Source of the DNA: Geosiphon pyriformis uo1
Taxonomy: Eukaryota; Fungi; Glomeromycota
DNA: 64,000 nt
Direction: 5' to 3'
Assembly: GCA_016748015.1 (NCBI GenBank)
Contig: JAAOMT010000695.1
Coordinates: 1,085-65,084, forward strand
Shown piece after piece: positions 1-13,605 of this stretch. The stretch's first letter is position 1. The number at the start of each line of letters is the position of its first letter. The position numbers were made by a program, and so were the translations under genes. A model generated the notes under the pieces. The model was not told the DNA's origin and ran no database searches. It was given only the letters and a program-made list of their open reading frames with translations.

Positions 1-856
1 AAATAAAATAAAATATATTGGCTAACATACTTGATTTAAAACATATTTGAAATATGTTTTATTAGATAATAGATTAAATAAACTATAATTAATGAACATT
101 CTTGAAAACCCCCATTGAAAATCTTACCAATTCTACAAAATGAATTAATCTATTTATCGAAGATATTCAAACAAACCAAAAAGCTTTGGTTATTTAGAAG
201 TTGAATCAGGTCTTCAAAGTGAGCCACGGCCAAATGTATATGAGTGTCTAGTACCTTTAACACTGAAAGATATAGGTTAGAATCGCCCGAAATGAACGTT
301 GAAAAATTCAATTTCTGCTTTAGAAATTTGTAATGCAGATGCTTACGGAGATATGGACACAGTTATTATGTTTCATTTGAGTCATTATTTTGGTCATTTA
401 ATAAGTATTGGCAATATGTAAATGTAATAAAAAATTCAGGGCTATATGAATGTTGTGTCTAAATAATATTGAATGATTTTGACGGAGCCAAGGTTGTATA
501 AGCTATTTGAAAACTGAAATTGCCTATCCTAAAATTTAGCAATTGGAAAATTCGTTGAAAACTATGTCTTAAAACACCATCTAAAGTTTATAAGCTTAAT
601 TAGCGAGGAAAAACAACTATGCATTTAAAAGTGATATTTCTAAGCTATTCAGCTAAAAGCGTTTTATGGTTCTAACCTGTGATAGAAACTTTAAATTCAG
701 AGATCACTTTTTATCAAAAACGACTTTTAAGTTCTAAAGTTTTCTTGATGTTTAAAAAATAGATTCAGTGATGTTCTTTTAACTTTATTGTGAAGATAAA
801 AATGGTAGCCTATAGAATATTCTGCCAGTAAAAATTTCCGATGAATCAAAGCGAAT

Positions 857-2354
857 TTATCTTTTGATAATTTGAAAAACTTCATACTCCTCAACAAAAA
901 ATCTTACCCGTTGATTTCCTAACCCAGGCATTATAGGATGCTCATAATCTGTTGTCTTTTGACAAAAGCACCCTGGACTATTTTTAAAATTATAGCTATT
1001 TAATGCTATACTGCTATCTGCGAAAGAAGGCCCATAATTGAACCCACCATAAGGTCCATATGTGCCAACAAATTTGCTAAGTTTAGCATTTCCAGCTTTG
1101 CCATCTCCAAGGGAAAAAATGAAACTTCCTTCTCCCTCCAAAAAACCATTCCTAGAATGCCACCATTGTGGATTATAGCCGCCAATTAGCTGTCCCGTTC
1201 CTTTCACTTTGATTACGCTGACTGTTGCTCCTTTATCATCACATAATCGATGAAAATCGGCTGGAGTGAATCCGTCTCGACTGCCTTGAAGTAACAACTT
1301 AAAATCATTTACAAGTTGATTTTAAAAAGGAGTATTTTTCATCTTTGTCTTGAACCCAATGATTAAGCTGTTTTATATTATGTGATTGAAGAAGCTTTGA
1401 ATCAACATTTGATCGTAATGGCTGAGCATCTACGGACTTTTGATGACTACCCGGTACGAGATAATGATGTAAAAGATCTTCGTATAAAGTTCCAGGTAAG
1501 ATTCTCGCAAATGGTTTTACTTTGTTATAGAAGTCAACTGAAGATATGTTAAAGAAGCGGATTAAAGGTAGAAGTCCTTCAATATATTCCTTCAATGCGT
1601 TAAAGTTTTCATCTGTCCAGGTAAAAACTTCTTTCATCTGAATATTTTTATCCAATTTAGCAACTCCCCATTCCACAATCTTTTCCCATATCTTAAATTC
1701 TTCTATATTTAGATCATCCCGAGTTAAAATTGAGGAAGGAGCATTTTCACTAAGGGAGGTGAAGTCTTGGGAATTGAAGACTATAGCTGGATTGTTACCA
1801 GCTATTTCTGTGCAAAAATTTTGTAACTTTTGAAAGAATCATGCATAAATGAAGTTGTCTGCAAAGTGACAAAATTTTCCTCTAGTTCTTTTGAATGGTG
1901 TTCAATCAAATAGTCTTCAAGGGGATCAATAAGATTCTCTAAAATAAATTCGTCAGCGGCAACAAGCAATTCTAAAATAATAGGTACTCCATGTTCATCA
2001 AGAGAGATCTCGCCTTTATAAATATATCTGTACAGGAAAATGAAACATATGAATTTATGTTGGCCAAAAATACTTTGAAGCAAATAAAAACCCTTACATG
2101 AGAATTATCTCAAAAATTTTAGGTGAAATATTAGGTTTAGCGAAGATAATGGTATTATTTTCCCTTTTAACCCAATTACTAGAGAGTGCTATAGCAAAAT
2201 ATGGTGATCTTGCTGCTAAAATTTGGGAATGAGATTGAAAAGTTCTGATATTAGACGTGTCTCCAACAACAATCCTAACATCAGAGAATTTCTGACTCTC
2301 TAGTAAATTCCCAAAATTATTGGATAAAAGGTGAAAGAATTGCTGGAGTGCCAT
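857..2354 (-). pseudogene. BTB/POZ-BACK-TLDc domain gene, disabled
   Basis: ATG at 2354. BTB motif (FSDVRIVVG..FQSHSQILAARSPYFAIAL), intron 2097-2028, BACK-like region (ILELLVAADEF..LLPLIRF) and TLDc domain (LLQGSRDGF..FHRLCDDKG..IGGYNP..FIFS..YGPSF..EYEVFQI). Against the paralog at 57.4-58.4 kb it shows a 1-nt deletion in an A-run (~1830), a 1-nt insertion (~1337) and a GAA>TAA stop in the true frame (~1323). Confidence 0.85.
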
Positions 2355-3672
2355 TGATAATGAAAGATCTTTTCCCACGTACTAGTATTTATCAATTGAA
2401 CAATTAATTCTGATCTTCTGACTCCCTATTACATTTTGGTCCCTTAAATATATTGTCTGCATCAAATCGCCTTCGAAGATTAAACCTCTAATCGAAAAGT
2501 ATGAAATATCAAAACGAATTTTCGGTTTTTTTGATCAAGTAAACAGTTGAGGTAAATAATAGCATGCTCAAAAAGATATTTATCATTTATATTATTTAAT
2601 AAAACCCCCATCCCATAATTAAAAAATATTGCTCTCTGATAATATTTAATAATATGATGGACCCTGATATTGATATAACCACTATTCAATCAATTCACTT
2701 AGAATTACCCTTACAATTTTATTTAATTGTCCTTCTTGTTTTGAAACTGATATGAGTCAAAGAATAAATAAACAACTTCATTATATTAAACTTATTTTTA
2801 TTATCATAAAAATATGCCTAAAAAACCTTGAACCGCTATATGATAACATCATATTTCCTCATATTTATCAAATAAAAATATAACAATACGCATAAATAAA
2901 CGGCTAGCCTTGTAAATTAAATGGTTTAATTTTTAATAATTTGAAACCTTGTAAAGATTTAAACCACCATTCTTTTCCTTATTTTCTATGAATAGAAGTG
3001 CATGCGGTAAGCTAAAAATAATTTCTAAAAATAAATTTTTTTTGCCTTTTATAATATTGATGTTAATAAAAACAAAATTTTCAAAATACATATTAATTAT
3101 AATGAATATGTAAATATAAATATAAATATAAATATAAATATCATTGATAAAGAAATGTTTTATAATCAATAGGCATCACAGTCAAAAGTATAAGAGTCAA
3201 AATAACCAATCTTTAACCGATAATATAAAGCTAAAAAGGATAAAACAGATGACAATTAAGAATACTTAGAAACTAATTGTTGAACTCAAGGAAAACTTCA
3301 CTAGTGTTATTTTAGAAGCTAGATATGAAAGCAGAAGATTGAAATCAAATTAATTGACAGATTTTCTCATGTTAATTTATTAAAAACCAGTTTCTAAATA
3401 ATGTTTAATTAAAAATTATTTTCAGAAGCGGCTAGGGGTTAGAAAAGACCTTTAAAACTAGATTATGCATATTATGCATTTAATGAGCTATTGAAACCAG
3501 CAATCACCAATCAAAGTGCACTAAGGCAATGAGTCAATTTGAGTTCCAGACGATCTCTACCCGTAAAAGTAAGCGTCAATTTTTCGTCAATGTGATGAAG
3601 GATTAAAATCCTTATTTATTAGCAAGACGACTCTTTAAATATCCTTCTTTTCCCAATACAAAATATTCAATC

Positions 3673-6527
3673 ATGTCTTCAACTTCAATTGAAAACGCAG
3701 CTTCACCCCTCGACTGGCTTGAAGAAGCATTGATTGTCATCAAAGAAAATTTGGCCATTTACCCAGTTAGAGAATATTCAAAAATTGCTAACTTGGTGAA
3801 AATATATCTTAGGCACAATCAGAAAACACCTGAAGACTTATTCAATTGCTTGAATAATAAAAGTTTAAAGCGTTCGATAGACAATATTTTACTCGGCTTT
3901 TCTTTAGAATATGGGATTGGAACTCTTCCTAATTTAACAAAAGCCTTTTTAGAATTTCAGAAAGCAGCAAACGCAGAAGATTCTTTTGGACAATTCTTCC
4001 TAGGACGTTGTTATGATGATGGAATCGGTACTTCACAAGATCGAGAAAAAGCATTTAAACTCTATTCAAAAGCAGTAGAGGCGGGAGATACGAATGCTCA
4101 AAAATCTCTTGGAAATTGTTATTTTCATGGATGGGGAACAACGAAAAGTGACGAAAAAGGATTTGAACTTTATTCAAAAGCAGCAGAGGCGGGACATTTA
4201 GGCGCCCAATACAATCTTGCAGTTTGTTATGCTAATGGATGGGGAACGACGAAAAATTCGGAAAAAGCATTTGAACTCTATTCAAAAGCTGCAGAGACGG
4301 GATATTTAGATGCGCAATACAATCTTGCAGTTTGTTATGCTAATGGAGAAGGAACGATAAAAAATTCGGAAAAAGCATTTGAACTCTATTCAAAATTAGC
4401 GGAGGCGGGAAATACAAGACCACAATACAATCTTGCAGTTTGTTATGCTAATGGAGAAGGAACGATGAAAAATTCGGAAAAAGCATTTGAATTCTATTTA
4501 AAAGCAGCAGAGGGGGGAGATTCAGATGCACAATACCATCTTGCACGTTGTTACGATAAGGGATTAGGAACGACGAGAGATTCAGAAAAAGCATTTGAAC
4601 TCTATTCAAAAGCAGCAGAGGCGGGAAGTTTACTTGGGCAAATCGGTCTTAGAGCATATTATCGAAATCGATTGGAGACAACAGAAGATCTGGGAAAAGA
4701 GGAAAATCCGAGTCCACAAACTAGTATTGGAACGTATTATCGAAATGAACGTGGAATAGTGAAAAATCTAGAAGAAACATTTCAATTCTATTTAAAAACA
4801 GCAGAGGAGGGAAATCAAAATGCACAATATAACCTTGGATGGTGTTATCAAAATGGATGGGGAACCGCAAAAAATTTAGAAAAAACATTTGAACTTTATT
4901 TAAAAGCAGCAGAAGCAAATAACTTATGTTATCAAAGTGATTTTCCAGATTTGAATGTCCATGAGCTTACTTTAGAGGATCAAGATAATCTGGAATATAC
5001 CATTTTACGATTCCAAAATCGAGGCTTCAAATACCTAGATCATTTGAAAGGAGAATTTTTAGATTTTGAAGCTTTCTTTGACAAGCTTTCAGATGAATTC
5101 AAGTGTTTTAAATGTGGCAACTTGGGTATAATCATTAGTGGATCTCCTATATGTCCATTTTGCGATACTGATAAAAGTGATAATATCGTTAAAGCCGGGT
5201 TGCCTAAATGTCTAGAATGCGATGGAACATTAAAAAATCCACTCTGGTGTAAATCTTGTGAATATCTACGATATTCAGAGAGTTGCGGAACATGGAATAG
5301 TGGAAATGATAATATTGATCTGTATATAGATCATGTACAAAGAATTTCTGCAAGCTGCAGGGAATTTTTAGAATGGATTTCTCCTGACGAGATCACATTT
5401 TTAGATGAGGTGGGAACTGGGGGATTTGGTATTGTTAAAGAAGGTAGATGGGAGAGAGGCAGAATTCTATTTTGGGACAAGAAAAATCAAAAATATGAAC
5501 GAACTGGGGTTACTAAAGTTGCTTTAAAATGTCTTAAAGACAGCCAAAATATAGAATATATCAATTCAGATGAGGTATTGCTTTTTAAGTAATCTATGTG
5601 ATTTTTATTGTCTCTATTTATCCTCTAAAACCAAAAAATTCATTGAAATAGTTTATTGCACATCTTACAAGTGCATCTTGCAAATATATCCTTGAATGCT
5701 ATGGAATAACCAAAGATGTTACAACCGATGGGTTTGTTATGGTTTTACCATTTGCGGAACACGGGGACCTCAGAGCTTTTCTCAAGTTAAACGAAGATAT
5801 TCTTACTTGGGACATGTTTCTTCGTATTCTTTTTCAAATCGCTGGTGGCCTAAGATTTATACATGAATCAAAACTGGTCCATGGGGACTTGCATCCTGGA
5901 AATATCCTTGTTTTAAAAACAAACCCCTTAAAAGTTGTCATTTCTGATCTTGGACTCTGTCGTCCAGCAGATTACGCTCCACAGTCTGAGAAAATTTATG
6001 GTGTACTTGAGTATCTTGCGCCCGAAATTTGCAAAGGGGGTTCTCATACTAAGTATAGCGATATATACAGCTTTGCTATCATTTCATGTGAAATTATATC
6101 GGGAGAAAGACCTTTGAATAATACAGATTCTATTTACGTGCGATTTGATGTTATTGATGGAAAGCGTCCTACAATCAAGAAACATACACCTCAATGTATT
6201 CAGAAAATAATTGAAAAAAATTGGCAATATGATTCGTATTGTCGTGATAGTGCAGAAGAACTTCAACAAAGAGTTATTGCTGCTCGCAATAACTGTAACT
6301 TAAATGAACCCGTCCGTGAGAAAAGACTTAATACCGAAGAGATAGAAGGAGCTCAACATGATTCGACAAGATATAAAAGTCAATTAATCTCAAACTCTAC
6401 ATTTTCAATGAGTGGTAAGACTTTCATTTATCATATTTTAATGGTTAAAGAAATTTTTTAATTTAAACGTTTTTTTCCAGATCTGGATTGTGCTATTAGC
6501 ATCAGTTATATGAAAAAAACACGTTGA
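3673..6527 (+). CDS. Sel1-like repeat / Cys-rich / tyrosine-kinase-like protein kinase (~903 aa, 3 exons)
   Basis: Exons 3673-5574, 5652-6414 and 6481-6527 join in frame. About 8-9 SLR units (AQYNLAVCYANGxGTxKNSEKAFELYSKAAExG), four CxxC pairs, then kinase motifs GTGGFG, VALK, HGDLHPGN, SDLGL, YLAPE, SDIYSF. Confidence 0.92.
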
Positions 6528-8528
6528 CCATATCAGTAAGCACTTTCAATTTATTATAATAATGATATTAATTGTTTTTATTGATATTTAACTATAGCAT
6601 GGTATGAAACAGATGAAGATAGATATAGTTAATAAATTGTAATAAAAATTTTTCTCTAATCTCAAGAATTATTTTGAATACTTCCTTAAATATCTATAAA
6701 AACATTATTTATTTGAATTAACAACCTATTTAATTTAATAATTTTAAACCATTACTTTGCAATGATATAAAAACTTAATATGAAAAGAAAAACTTCACCC
6801 GTAATACATATGTTACATATATCACAAGCTCACAAAAAAAACATTATTTTCTTATTCTTGCTTAAAAAATAAAATTTTCTCAGGCACAAAAGGTTAATCC
6901 AACATTTTCTAATATTATATTAGTAAGTCAAATTTGGTGTAGAAGAAAATTCCCAATTTAATGATAGAAAATGTAATATTCAAACAAAAATCTGATAATT
7001 GGCAAATTTTCATTTCAGCATTCATCGAAATAGCAGTTTAAAATATAAAAGTATCATAAGTTTCTGACGGCTAACCCTTTGATAAATAATTTGAAACTTT
7101 TGGTTTTAGTTTCAGTTTCCCGAAAACTTGAAAAATCTATTTAAATACGATATATTGTCAATTTAAAATTAAATTCAAAATTTTTGGTCCAAAATTTCTT
7201 TTATTTACAAATTAAAAAAAAAACAATTCGACAATTAAATCTCTGATTTAAAAATTATTTAGAAAAAAACCATTTTTAGATAATTTAAATTTGGCTTTTT
7301 CCATTAATACATTTGAAAAAGGTTAAAAACTAAATAAATAAAATTTCTTAAAAGATAATAAAATATATATTTATTAAAAATCAATTTTATTGGTCCGGAA
7401 ATATTTTTCATCATTAAAAGTGAGGCATTTTTCGAAAATTTAAGCATAATTTAAACATATTGCATGTAATTTTTATTTTTTTTTATTTCAATTAAATAAA
7501 AATATTAATTTTCTAATTAAACTTATTAATTTACCATCTCCAAAAGTAAGAAATTGTTGTTTTTCAATTTGACAAAAATAATCTCCAGAGTTATTATGAT
7601 ACATGAACAAATATTCTAATATTAGATGATGACCAATTTGAAACTATTATTCGTTAACATGGTATAGCTTTATAGCTTTAAAAAAATGGAACCTTTTTTG
7701 AATATGCTAGATATTGTAAATTATTATATATGCTTTTATTTTTATATACTATCAAATCATTTTTGGAACAAGAACAAATCCTATGATTAAGATTGCAAAC
7801 AAGTAAAACATTGAATAATGTGGCTAAAAAATCCATGGGACAAAGATTTCTTGCATTTTACAAATCTCTATTAATATTATTATCAAACAACTTGGAATAT
7901 TGTATTCAAAAAATAAGGCATCTGATTATTGAAAGTGAGCACCAATATTCTGTTGTCCTTGAGGAAACCTTTAAGAACATACTACAACTTGAACCAATCT
8001 ACCCTAAAAGTCCCAAAAATATCTTCAATCACAAGAAACTACATGTATTAAAAGGTCATAATCATTATATAGTTCGTTTAGTATTGAAATAATTAAAGAT
8101 TTTCATGTTAAACTCGATTTTAAAAGAGAAAATTATATAATTAATAAGCTAATATCTTGTATTGAGTGTAGAGTTTAAGCTTTAACATTTAATCTTTTAA
8201 ACTAAAAATATAGATATAAGTTTAAATTTTTCTCGGAAAAATAAAGAAATTCTTGGTAAAAAAATCCAAATAATTAATCAAAGCATAAACATGTCAACTG
8301 ACATCATAAAAATTCGTCAAGGCTTGTGCAAAAATCAACAATTTTCTACTTTTTGCAGCTGTCTTAATAACTATCTTATTAAATAATAATAAGAAAAAAC
8401 ATATAATAATATAGTAAGCAAAATCATGTTTTTAGCTGAACAAAATTACATTATTACCAAATAAAAATGTTTTGCAATTGTATAAATAACAAATTATTGA
8501 ATTTATAGAGTTGTTGTGTTTATTCTCG

Positions 8529-8578
8529 CCTATAAAAGTACTGTTAATTCTATCCTATAAAAGTACTGTTAATTCTAT
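8529..8578. repeat. Perfect 25-bp tandem duplication (CCTATAAAAGTACTGTTAATTCTAT x2)
   Basis: Directly visible. Confidence 0.9.
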
Positions 8579-8876
8579 CAGAAGATTATTCAATAATAAA
8601 CAAATTTAGACCACATATAATACGGTAGTTTTGAATTAAAAAATGTGTTTTGGCTTTTTAACTCTTTGGCAGTTGAAAGATTAAGAAAAGAAAAAACCAA
8701 AATATTTAATAAAAAAAAACGATTGATTAGATGATAAAATATATTAACATTGCATGATTATATTATATAGGGCGTTAAAAAGATTTAAAACTTCATTGAT
8801 ACGAACCAAACATATATAAACACTCACCTTGTGGTACTATCGCAGACTTTCAATGACCAACCATAACAAACACGCA

Positions 8877-11520
8877 GGCAAGTAATTAAACTTTTTAAGA
8901 GCTTTGATTATACTAAGGCCTTGGGCTTTGTAACTATATTAGCTCTGCACTCGAACGGTCTCCCAGCGCGGACTCCTTCTCTGAACGAGTTGAGAACGTG
9001 ACAAAATGGTGCTGGTTGTATGGACTATTTTTTGCGAAAGTCACCAGTTTTAGTCACCAATATTGACCTAAGTTCTTGCAGAAACAGTGCTGCTGTTCTT
9101 ATATTTTTTCTACAATGTATCAGTTGCTTATCAAATAACTAATTTTTTTATTCTTAGTTTAGTTTTCTAATGAATTCTCACGAAAATTGGCTTGCCGACA
9201 AACTACAGGCCATGATAGCTGCTGGGCGAAAATCCAATAGTATTTAAAATTGATTCGTTTTGCTGCTTTGCCATCTATTTTCGGATAATAAATTTTTATC
9301 TTTTCTAGGAGCCTCGCCGTGAGTGGAATCTTGTTGATTAAACAAGAAAGTCTGATCCAACATCTAGATCTGAATATGATCTTATCGCAGCGGTTAACAT
9401 GATAGAGAAGTCTATATCTCCTTCATCGATGGAGTATTTGTTGTCCTTTGTTCAATGTCTTATAAGTTTATATTTTGTTAATTTTTTTAAGGAAAAAAAA
9501 CAACTAATATTATTTATTGAATCATTAGACGGATCCTGGTCAACTTCGCGCTCTTGTTGACAAGACCCCATGGATTACTTATGATATAACCAAGCATTAT
9601 GATCTTTGGGCGATCAAAAATGCAATGAATTTAATGTAAGTGGATTTTTAAATTAGTTTTTAATAAAAAATTAATATTAACAACTATTTTTATTTTCAGA
9701 CTTACCCATTTCGAAATAATGCCATCTCCATTTTCTGATGATCTTTCGGAGGCATGGATCAGTACACATATATTGGTTCCGGTTATCGATTATGTCTTGA
9801 TGGATGTGATTCTGATTTCTCGGTAGGAATTTATTTGAATGACTTTTTTTCAACATGGATTAATTTATTTTTTGAATTTAGTGGTGAATGTAAAGGCCAC
9901 AATATATATCATATCGGTATCAGTAGGCATAATGCTAATTATGAACTTTTAAAGGTTATAAAATTCAAAAGTGATGCTGCAGGCCAAATAAAGGCAATTC
10001 AAGATTCAAATGTGTTGTTTCGTGAGGTGAAGGATAGTTTGAATGTAATTTTGTTAACATTACCAAATACTGAGGAAGCTCGACAAATATTTGTTTTAAG
10101 AATTCTTTCATCTGGTATTTATTTTAACTTATTATTTAATTAGCAGTATTTTTTTATGCTTATTATTTGTTTTTTTTAGCTGAAACTGGAAAGATTTATT
10201 TAATGGATAATTCATCATGGCTTCAAACTTATCGCTGTTTTGATATCGGAATATTTTGGCTGCCTCGAACTTTTGGCAACAAGAATTATCTCCTTTTAAC
10301 TTTAAAGGGTAAAGGTAAGTAAAAATGTTGAATGACATTACAACAAATGCTATTATGGCCTTTGACCTTCCGACATTTTTTCCTAATCGATGAATTGCGA
10401 CTCATGCATACACCGCTAAATTCAAAAAATTATTAATCCATGCTGAAAAAAAGGCATTCAAATAAATTCCTACCGAGAAATCCGATTCCATCAAGACATA
10501 ATCTATAACCGGAGCCAATAAATCCTGCCTCCAAAAGATCATCAGCCACAATCTATATGGCGTTATTTCAAAATGGGTAAGTCTAAAACTAATTAATAAA
10601 TCCACTTACATTAAATTCATTGCAGTTTTGATCGCCTGAAGATCATAATGCTTGGTTATATCATAAGTAATCCATGAGGTCTTGTAAAAGTTGACCAGGA
10701 TCCGTCTAATCATTCAAAAAAAATTAACAAAATATAAACTTACAAGATATTCAACAAAGGATAAAAAATACTCCATCGATGAAGGAGAGATAGACTTCTC
10801 TATCATGTTAACTGCTGCGATAAGATCCTATTCAGTTTGATCTAGATGTTGGATCAGAGTTTCTTGTTAACCAACATGATTCCACTCGTGGCGGGGCTCC
10901 TAAAAAAGATAAAAATTTATTATCCGAAAATAGATGGCAAAGCAGCAAAACGAATTAATTTTACATGATATTGGATTTCCTCCCAGCATCTATCATCGCC
11001 TGTAGTTTGTCAGCAACCGAAATGCTTCCTTTTATATCAGGAACACATTTACCACTTGCCGATTGAGCAAATTGGTCGCTCTTTTAGCAGTTCTACCATC
11101 ATCCCATTCTTTTAGTTTCATAAGGGCAAGCATTAGATCTTGCTCCGCAATTCTTTGTTCGGTTTAATGATAGTGAAAATGCTCGTAAAACGATCTCCCA
11201 GAGAAAGGTTTCTCGTACAGTTTGCTTGCAAGCCAATTTTCGTGAGCATACACTAGCAACTGATACATTGTGGAAAAAAATGTAAAAACAGCAACACTGT
11301 TTCTGGCAAGAATTTTGTCAATTTTGGTGGCTAAAGCTGGAGACTTTCGTAAAAATAGTCCATACAACCAGCATTATTTCGTCACATTCTCAACTCATTC
11401 AGAGAAGGAGCCCGCGCTGGGAGACCATTCGAGTGCAGAGCTAATATCATTGCCGTCGATACGCTAGAACGAAACCCGCCTTGGTATGATCAAAGCTCTT
11501 AAAGCGTTTATTTACTTGCC
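8877..11520. repeat. Large imperfect inverted repeat (arms ~8877-9890 and ~10405-11520, ~500-bp spacer) made of two copies of a decayed protein-coding sequence
   Basis: The reverse complement of the right arm matches the left arm along its length, e.g. GGCAAGTAA..AAGAGCTTTGAT, GCTCTGCACTCGAA.GGTCTCCCAGCGCGG, TCTGATCCAACATCTAGATC, GATTTCTCGGTAGGAATTTATTTGAATG. The right arm (minus strand) reads as a long frame with scattered stops. Confidence 0.93.
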
Positions 11521-13605
11521 ACCAATAAGGGCCTATATACACCCACACAAACTTCAAACCACCTAGGCTAATGATATAATTAAACAATCAAATCTTAAAA
11601 ATAGTTGGAGATAGTGGAGTTGCTCTTATGGTTAGAATAAAAAATAAAAAAGTTAAAAATCGAAAGAATGGATAAATAAATATCTTCTCAAAATTATAGT
11701 TACCAATTGAATCAATTCTCGATTTTTGGTTGAATTCAGAGCGAGAATCAGCTCAGTTAAAACGTTATCTTTTCAATAATTTTTTTTTGATATTTTATAT
11801 TGGTTAAATTGAAATTCATATTTTTTTAACTTGAGAAGTATATTTTATCAGTATTAAGATATAAAGACAGTGTTGTATTTTATGTTTTCATTATTTAATA
11901 AAAAATATGGAAATGAGCAGTTGTCGTTAACTTAAAACGAGTAAAAAGTTAGTTTTAAAGATACTTGGCCACCAGTTTACAATTTGATAATATACTATAT
12001 TTAAAAGCACGTAATATTGTCATTTTGTAAACGAATGATTACCTACAGTCGAGAGCATATGTTATAATACTCAAAATCACATTTACAGAACTAATAGAAC
12101 AAAGAAGTGAAAAAAATGAGAAACATGCACAGTTACTGTACCAAAATAAAAAAGACTTTATTTACATTGTAAAATATATCTTCATGATTTGAAGATAAAT
12201 TTTTTGCAGTTAAATAGTTCTAGCAAATACTTTTGCGCATTTTAAAATTGATAATCTACAAAAAAGTGCTGGCAAATAAACACATTAGAATTATCAATCA
12301 ATTGGCTGTTTACATACACTTGCAATGTTTTCAAAAACCAAGCTTTCGAATTTCATTGACCAAAGAATGGATTAGAAATTCTAGATTTTAATATTAACAT
12401 GCTAAGATTGTTCACCTTGGGTTATAACACCATATATTTAAATTGTATAAAACAAAACAAAAATAATGTATGCCAAGAAATTTTTTTTATAATCATATAC
12501 TATATTTCTATTTTTTACATTTGAGATTGAGAATATTTTATTACTGCTAAATTAGAAGGTAGTTATTTGTCTTAATTTTGAGCTGAAATTTATGGTCGTT
12601 ACCGTCTGTGTAACACATTTAAAATAGAAAAGTTTGTGGTCGTTGCTAATTTTTGTGTGTAGTATTCAAAAAATTTATGAATCAAATTCTTTTATTTTTT
12701 TAAAATTCTAACTTCTCCCTAACTTACCTTACTTTTCATATAAGAGTATATATATATATAAATTGTGCATAAGAAAATCTTAGCTTAAAAGTAACAAATT
12801 TCGGGGCTATTAAGATCAGTATATACATATATCGTTATAATTGTCTCTCATTATATTAGATGGGTTTATAGAAGATATTTCTGTATTAAAATTTTGATAT
12901 TTTAAAGATATTCTTGAATAAAATAGTACCTCAAATTTCATTGGAAAACGTTTTCGCATACATTTTCTTTATAGCTAGAGATATTCAAGTGGACAATAAT
13001 ATAAGCCTAGATTTTGTTGTACAAATATTCAAAGTAAATAAGATACAGAAAGCTTTCAAAGCGAATTCGAAAGGTCCATAAAAGAAATAATGTTTCATTC
13101 AATCTAGGAAATATTCAAGTCAAAAAAATTTAAATTTAGGCTGTAAAGATTAGAGATGAATTATTGGTTTGACAACATCAAATTATTACTATTTGTGTCT
13201 GGTGGGAGACAGTAATATTGTTAGTGCACCTTTGACAAATCAATAAGATATGCCAACAACAATCAAATTTGAAATAGAAAAATGATGGGTAATAACTCAT
13301 GATATCTGTAAAAGCCATGAGAGAATATTGTCTAAAAGGTTTTTGCCTAATTTCGAATAAAAAATGATTTGTAAAAAAACCTTTGGAATCACCTAAAATG
13401 ACATTAGATACATGTGCTATGAAAAACTTTCTCATTCAGCAATTTCTAGGATTTTATTATTTAGATAGTAATTAATATAAAATAATTACTTGTATTTTTA
13501 TGTTTGAATCATAAATATTATTGCAAAAAACCAGATTTTATGCATCAAATTTTCATAAAACTTTTCGTTTACAAAACTATTAGTAAACTTTTAAATAAAA
13601 TTTAT

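Noticed and set aside
1297-1835. Programmed frameshifting or an alternative genetic code in the BTB-TLDc gene
   Set aside because: The lesions are homopolymer indels plus a nonsense change, and other genes use the standard code. Pseudogenisation or sequencing error is simpler.
2933-3169. ORF with IYIYIYIY
   Set aside because: Translation of an (ATATAA)n low-complexity tract; not a gene.
4000-4920. Regularly spaced repeats resembling a CRISPR array
   Set aside because: They are 108-bp in-frame Sel1 coding repeats without unique spacers.
6890-8092. Possible transposase remnants, including ORF 7793-8092
   Set aside because: Only vague motif resemblance; cannot be supported without a search.
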